Below, piece after piece: positions 16,875-20,000 of a stretch of 20,000 bases of DNA. The notes beneath the pieces are model-generated. The model saw nothing but the letters and a program-made list of their open reading frames with translations, was not told the DNA's origin and did not search any database. Made by a program: the position numbers and the translations under genes. The DNA comes from an uncultured virus (IMG/VR IMGVR_UViG_3300032782_000008) (taxonomy: Duplodnaviria; Heunggongvirae; Uroviricota; Caudoviricetes), in IMG/VR virus record IMGVR_UViG_3300032782_000008; one strand, given 5' to 3'. Position 1 is the stretch's first letter. Each line of letters begins with the position of its first letter.

Positions 16875-17779
16875 TGAAGACGATCAAGGTGCTCGATCAC
16901 GGTTACGTTAAGTACGTCGCGCACATGGGCAGCGACGAGTCGATCATAGAGGCCGCGCGCATGTCGACCGGCCGTGGCTTCGTCGACTGGGACGAGACGC
17001 AGGAATGCACGCGTTGTAAGCTCAAGATGCCCGTGCAGACCGTCATCGGGTACAAGTGCGTCGACGGCAGCGAGAATCATGATTGGAAGAAGGCCGCCGG
17101 CGACTCGAAGCTGCTCTCTTTCCTCTACGCCAACAAGCACATGACGCCGTTCGAGATGTGTGAGCTGGCGATCGAGGTGCAGGCCCCGATCATGGTCTTC
17201 CGCGAGTGGCACCGTCACCGCACGCAGAGCTACAACGAGTTCTCGGCGCGCTACGAGCAGATGCCGGACCTGCACTACCTGCCCGACGCCGGGCGTATCC
17301 AGAAGCAGTCGGCAGCGAACAAGCAAGGCAGCGGCGACACATACGACGCCACGTTCGCGCGCTCGGTCGTCGACCGGCTCGCCTTCCAGCAGCGTGACAT
17401 CTACGCTAGCTACGACAAGTGGGTGAACGACGATGGTGTCGCCAAGGAGGTCGCGCGCCTCAACACGCCGGTGTCGCGATACTCGAAGATGCGCGCCAAG
17501 ACCGACCTTCGCAATTGGCTTGGCTTTTTGCAGCTGCGTATGGCCGGCAATGCCCAGCTCGAGATTCGGCAGTACGCGAACGCAGTGGCCGAGATCGTCA
17601 AGGAGCTGTGGCCGCGGACGTTCGCGCTGTTCGAGGAACACGACCTCGGCGGTGTGCACCTGTCGAAGTCGGAGGCGGCGCTGCTGCGTGACTACATCGA
17701 GGCGCACACCGGCTGGCACGGCGGCGAATTGCGGGCGACGGTGGCGTCGATCAAAAAGAAGCTCGGGGTGAAGGAGTAG
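16874..17779 (+). CDS. thyX: FAD-dependent thymidylate synthase ThyX with Cys/His insertion
   Basis: VLDHGYV, AARMS, HMTPFE, APIMVFREWHRHRTQSYNEFSARY, KEVAR..P, LRN..GFL.LR, AQLEIRQYA. Confidence 0.95.
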   Translation: MKTIKVLDHGYVKYVAHMGSDESIIEAARMSTGRGFVDWDETQECTRCKLKMPVQTVIGYKCVDGSENHDWKKAAGDSKLLSFLYANKHMTPFEMCELAIEVQAPIMVFREWHRHRTQSYNEFSARYEQMPDLHYLPDAGRIQKQSAANKQGSGDTYDATFARSVVDRLAFQQRDIYASYDKWVNDDGVAKEVARLNTPVSRYSKMRAKTDLRNWLGFLQLRMAGNAQLEIRQYANAVAEIVKELWPRTFALFEEHDLGGVHLSKSEAALLRDYIEAHTGWHGGELRATVASIKKKLGVKE

Positions 17780-17782
17780 TAG

Positions 17783-18460
17783 ATGAGCAACAACGACAAA
17801 GAGAGCGGTCGTCGGGGCGATTGGCGGCAGACCGTCTCCGGCAAGATGTACTGGCCGGCGGATCCACGCCCCGAGGAGGTCGACATCCGCGACCTGGCGC
17901 ACCACCTGGCCACGATCAACCGCTTCGGTGGGGCTGCACGAGAACCCTACAGCGTTGCCGAGCACCTTGTGCGCGCCAGCTACATTGCGGCGCCCGGGTT
18001 CGAGCTGGAAACGCTGCTGCACGATGCGGGCGAAGGGTTGATCGGCGCCGACCTGATCCGCCCGGTCAAGCGCTCGGATCTGTTCAACCCGCTGTGGGAG
18101 GACTTGGAGGCGCGCAACCAGAAGGCCGCCCACGTTCGGTTGGGTGTGCCGACGGAGGATCGGTTCGTCGAGGAGGAGCACGCCGCGATCGAGATTTGCG
18201 GGCGCACGCTCCACGTCGACTTCGGTCCGAACGGCCTGTCGGGAGGCCTGGTGCTCATGCGGCACATGATGCCGAAGGAGGTCAAGGACGCCGATAACGT
18301 CATGCTCATGACCGAGGTGCGCGACCTGATGGCCGAGCCGCCGATGACGTGGCGCGAGTCCGCGCACAGGCCGCTCGAGCAGAAGATCGTACCGTACGCG
18401 TGGAACGTCGCGCGCGACCTCTTCCTCGAGAGGTTTTTCGAGCTGGGAGGGTGGGCCTGA
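17783..18460 (+). CDS. HD-domain 5'-deoxynucleotidase (YfbR/YfdR-like)
   Basis: DLAHHL..INRFGG, YSVAEH, LLHDAGE, D...PVK, VKDAD..ML.TE.RDL. Confidence 0.85.
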   Translation: MSNNDKESGRRGDWRQTVSGKMYWPADPRPEEVDIRDLAHHLATINRFGGAAREPYSVAEHLVRASYIAAPGFELETLLHDAGEGLIGADLIRPVKRSDLFNPLWEDLEARNQKAAHVRLGVPTEDRFVEEEHAAIEICGRTLHVDFGPNGLSGGLVLMRHMMPKEVKDADNVMLMTEVRDLMAEPPMTWRESAHRPLEQKIVPYAWNVARDLFLERFFELGGWA

Positions 18461-19155
18461 TGCTCCTCTCCAAGCCACAGATCGAGCGCCACATGGCCGA
18501 CGGGAACATCACCATCGACCCGTTCGTGCCGGAGAACCTCGGCTCGGCGCAAATGGACGTGACGTTGGGCCAGTTTTTCTATCGCGAGATGGATCTCGAT
18601 CTCTACTCGAGTAGCTTTCCGTCGTTGTACAATCCGTACGACGAGAAGCACGTGTGTGCGCGCTTCTATCTCGATCGCGCCGTTCGCCATAGCGATTGGG
18701 TAGCTCGAGGTAATGCGCCGCTTATTGGTGTTGCTCCTGAAGAGGAGCTTATTGTTATTCAACCAGGTGAGATGGTTCTTGCACACACGCAGGAGTTCAT
18801 CGGTAGCTTGAGTAATCACATCACGACGCAGATGAAGGCGCGGTCGTCAATTGGGCGCAATTTTTTGACAGTATGCGCCTGTGCTGGCCAAGGCGATGTC
18901 GGTTTTGCGCAGAGATGGACTTTTGAGATACATAACCGCAACCGTATGGCCGCGATCCCCCTCATCGTCGGTCGTCGTATTGCTCAGATTTTGTTTTTTG
19001 ACGTCGAGCCTGTCGACGCTTCTGATGTATATGGCGTGACAGGTAAGTATCAAAACGGTACTACGTTGGAACAACTAAAAACTAGTTGGCGACCAGAGAT
19101 GATGTTGCCAAGGATGTTCGCCGATAGAGAGTCGAGGCGAGCACGTGGCGAGTAG
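18460..19155 (+). CDS. dcd: dCTP deaminase
   Basis: ATG overlaps the upstream TGA. Motifs MLLS...I, IDPF, DVTLG, ARSSIGR, D.GF...TFEI.N, IAQILF, GKYQ. Confidence 0.9.
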   Translation: MLLSKPQIERHMADGNITIDPFVPENLGSAQMDVTLGQFFYREMDLDLYSSSFPSLYNPYDEKHVCARFYLDRAVRHSDWVARGNAPLIGVAPEEELIVIQPGEMVLAHTQEFIGSLSNHITTQMKARSSIGRNFLTVCACAGQGDVGFAQRWTFEIHNRNRMAAIPLIVGRRIAQILFFDVEPVDASDVYGVTGKYQNGTTLEQLKTSWRPEMMLPRMFADRESRRARGE

Positions 19156-19870
19156 ATTTCTCATATATGGTTTGGCTGATCCCATTACGAATGAGATTCG
19201 CTATATTGGTAAATCGTCTTCTGGTTTGAAGCGTCCTCAGCTTCATGGTTTACCGTCGTCGTTGCGACATAGGTGGGATAAGAATAAGTGGATTAGGGAA
19301 CTACAAGCGTCCGGTTTGAATTATCGAATCGAGGTTCTGGAAGAAACAGTCAAAGAGAATCTAGACGCAGCCGAGATCAGATGGATTAAGCAAGGATGAG
19401 ATAGAGGCTGGAAGCTCTTCAATAAAGAAGATGGTGGTAGCGTTCACGGCGGAACTCCTCATACAGAAGAGGCTAAGGAGCGTATACGTAATTTTAGAGT
19501 AGGTAAGAGACACTCTCTAGAGACAAGAATAAAAATAGGCATGTTGAGTAAAGGTCGAGTCGTCTCGGAGACTACTCGTAAAGCTATCGGTGATGCTCAC
19601 CGAGGGATGAAACGAAAACCGGAGTGGGGTGCTAAGATCAGTGCTGCGAAAATGGGCCATCCGGTTTCGGAAGAAACTCGTCATAAATTACGAGCTGCCC
19701 ATCTCGGTAAGAAACACCCTAATCGTCCGAAACGTGATTGGGGACACCATCACGTGCCTAGCCATTCGTGTTATGCAAAATGTACCGGAAAGTGCAGACC
19801 GTATGCGAATGAGCAAGAAGCAGCGGAAGCCGCTGCGCGGCACGTAAACCATTGGAGAAGAAATAAGTGA
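19145..19870 (+). pseudogene. GIY-YIG/NUMOD3 homing endonuclease with one in-frame TGA at 19397
   Basis: LIYGL.DP...IRYIGKS...AEIRWI, then TGA, then the same frame continues (LFNKEDGG, HTEEAKERI, HSLETRIKI, VSEETRHKL NUMOD3 repeats) into ORF 19541-19870. Low GC. Confidence 0.85.
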
Positions 19871-20000
19871 TCGATCTCCTCATCATCGCCGCGATCACCT
19901 GGGCTCTTTCCGGCAAGCGTAGGAGCAACAACAAGATGTCGTTCAACAAGGACAAGCTGCCGAGCCGACCCCCGGCACCGATGACCGCGCGCATGCTACT
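19867..20000 (+). CDS. Start of a hypothetical protein, truncated by the window end
   Basis: Open frame from a GTG overlapping the HEG stop, with an alternative in-frame ATG at 19936 after AGGAG. GC returns to the backbone level. Confidence 0.4.
   Translation, partial: MIDLLIIAAITWALSGKRRSNNKMSFNKDKLPSRPPAPMTARML

Noticed and set aside
16787..18478. 563-aa minus-strand ORF
   Set aside because: Antisense shadow of thyX and the HD gene, which lie in the same frame.
19397..19399. Genome-wide TGA reassignment
   Set aside because: TGA is the real stop of many intact genes here (dinG, orn, helicase, dam, polA, HD), often in coupled TGATG/GTGA overlaps.

Overview
A GC-rich phage or prophage DNA replication and nucleotide-metabolism module. 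All genes are on the + strand and most are translationally coupled. Gene order: VapE/VirE-type helicase; iteron-like origin (four triplets of TGTCCC repeats plus an AT-rich phased tract); RHH-like protein; DinG helicase; small ORF; YpsA/SLOG protein; CopG-like RHH; Cas4-like PD-(D/E)XK nuclease with a long Pro-rich tail; oligoribonuclease; NDT-like protein; SNF2-like helicase with a LAGLIDADG intein; wHTH-Dam methyltransferase fusion; probable SSB; family A DNA polymerase; DUF3310; ThyX; HD nucleotidase; dCTP deaminase; GIY-YIG/NUMOD3 homing endonuclease interrupted by one in-frame TGA. The most notable observations are substitutions at nearly invariant PolA positions next to a dNTP-remodelling cluster, recurring small Cys/His insertions in unrelated enzymes, the origin architecture and several lower-GC mosaic tracts. 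Family calls come from motif recognition by eye, and GC contrasts are visual estimates. No database searches were run.
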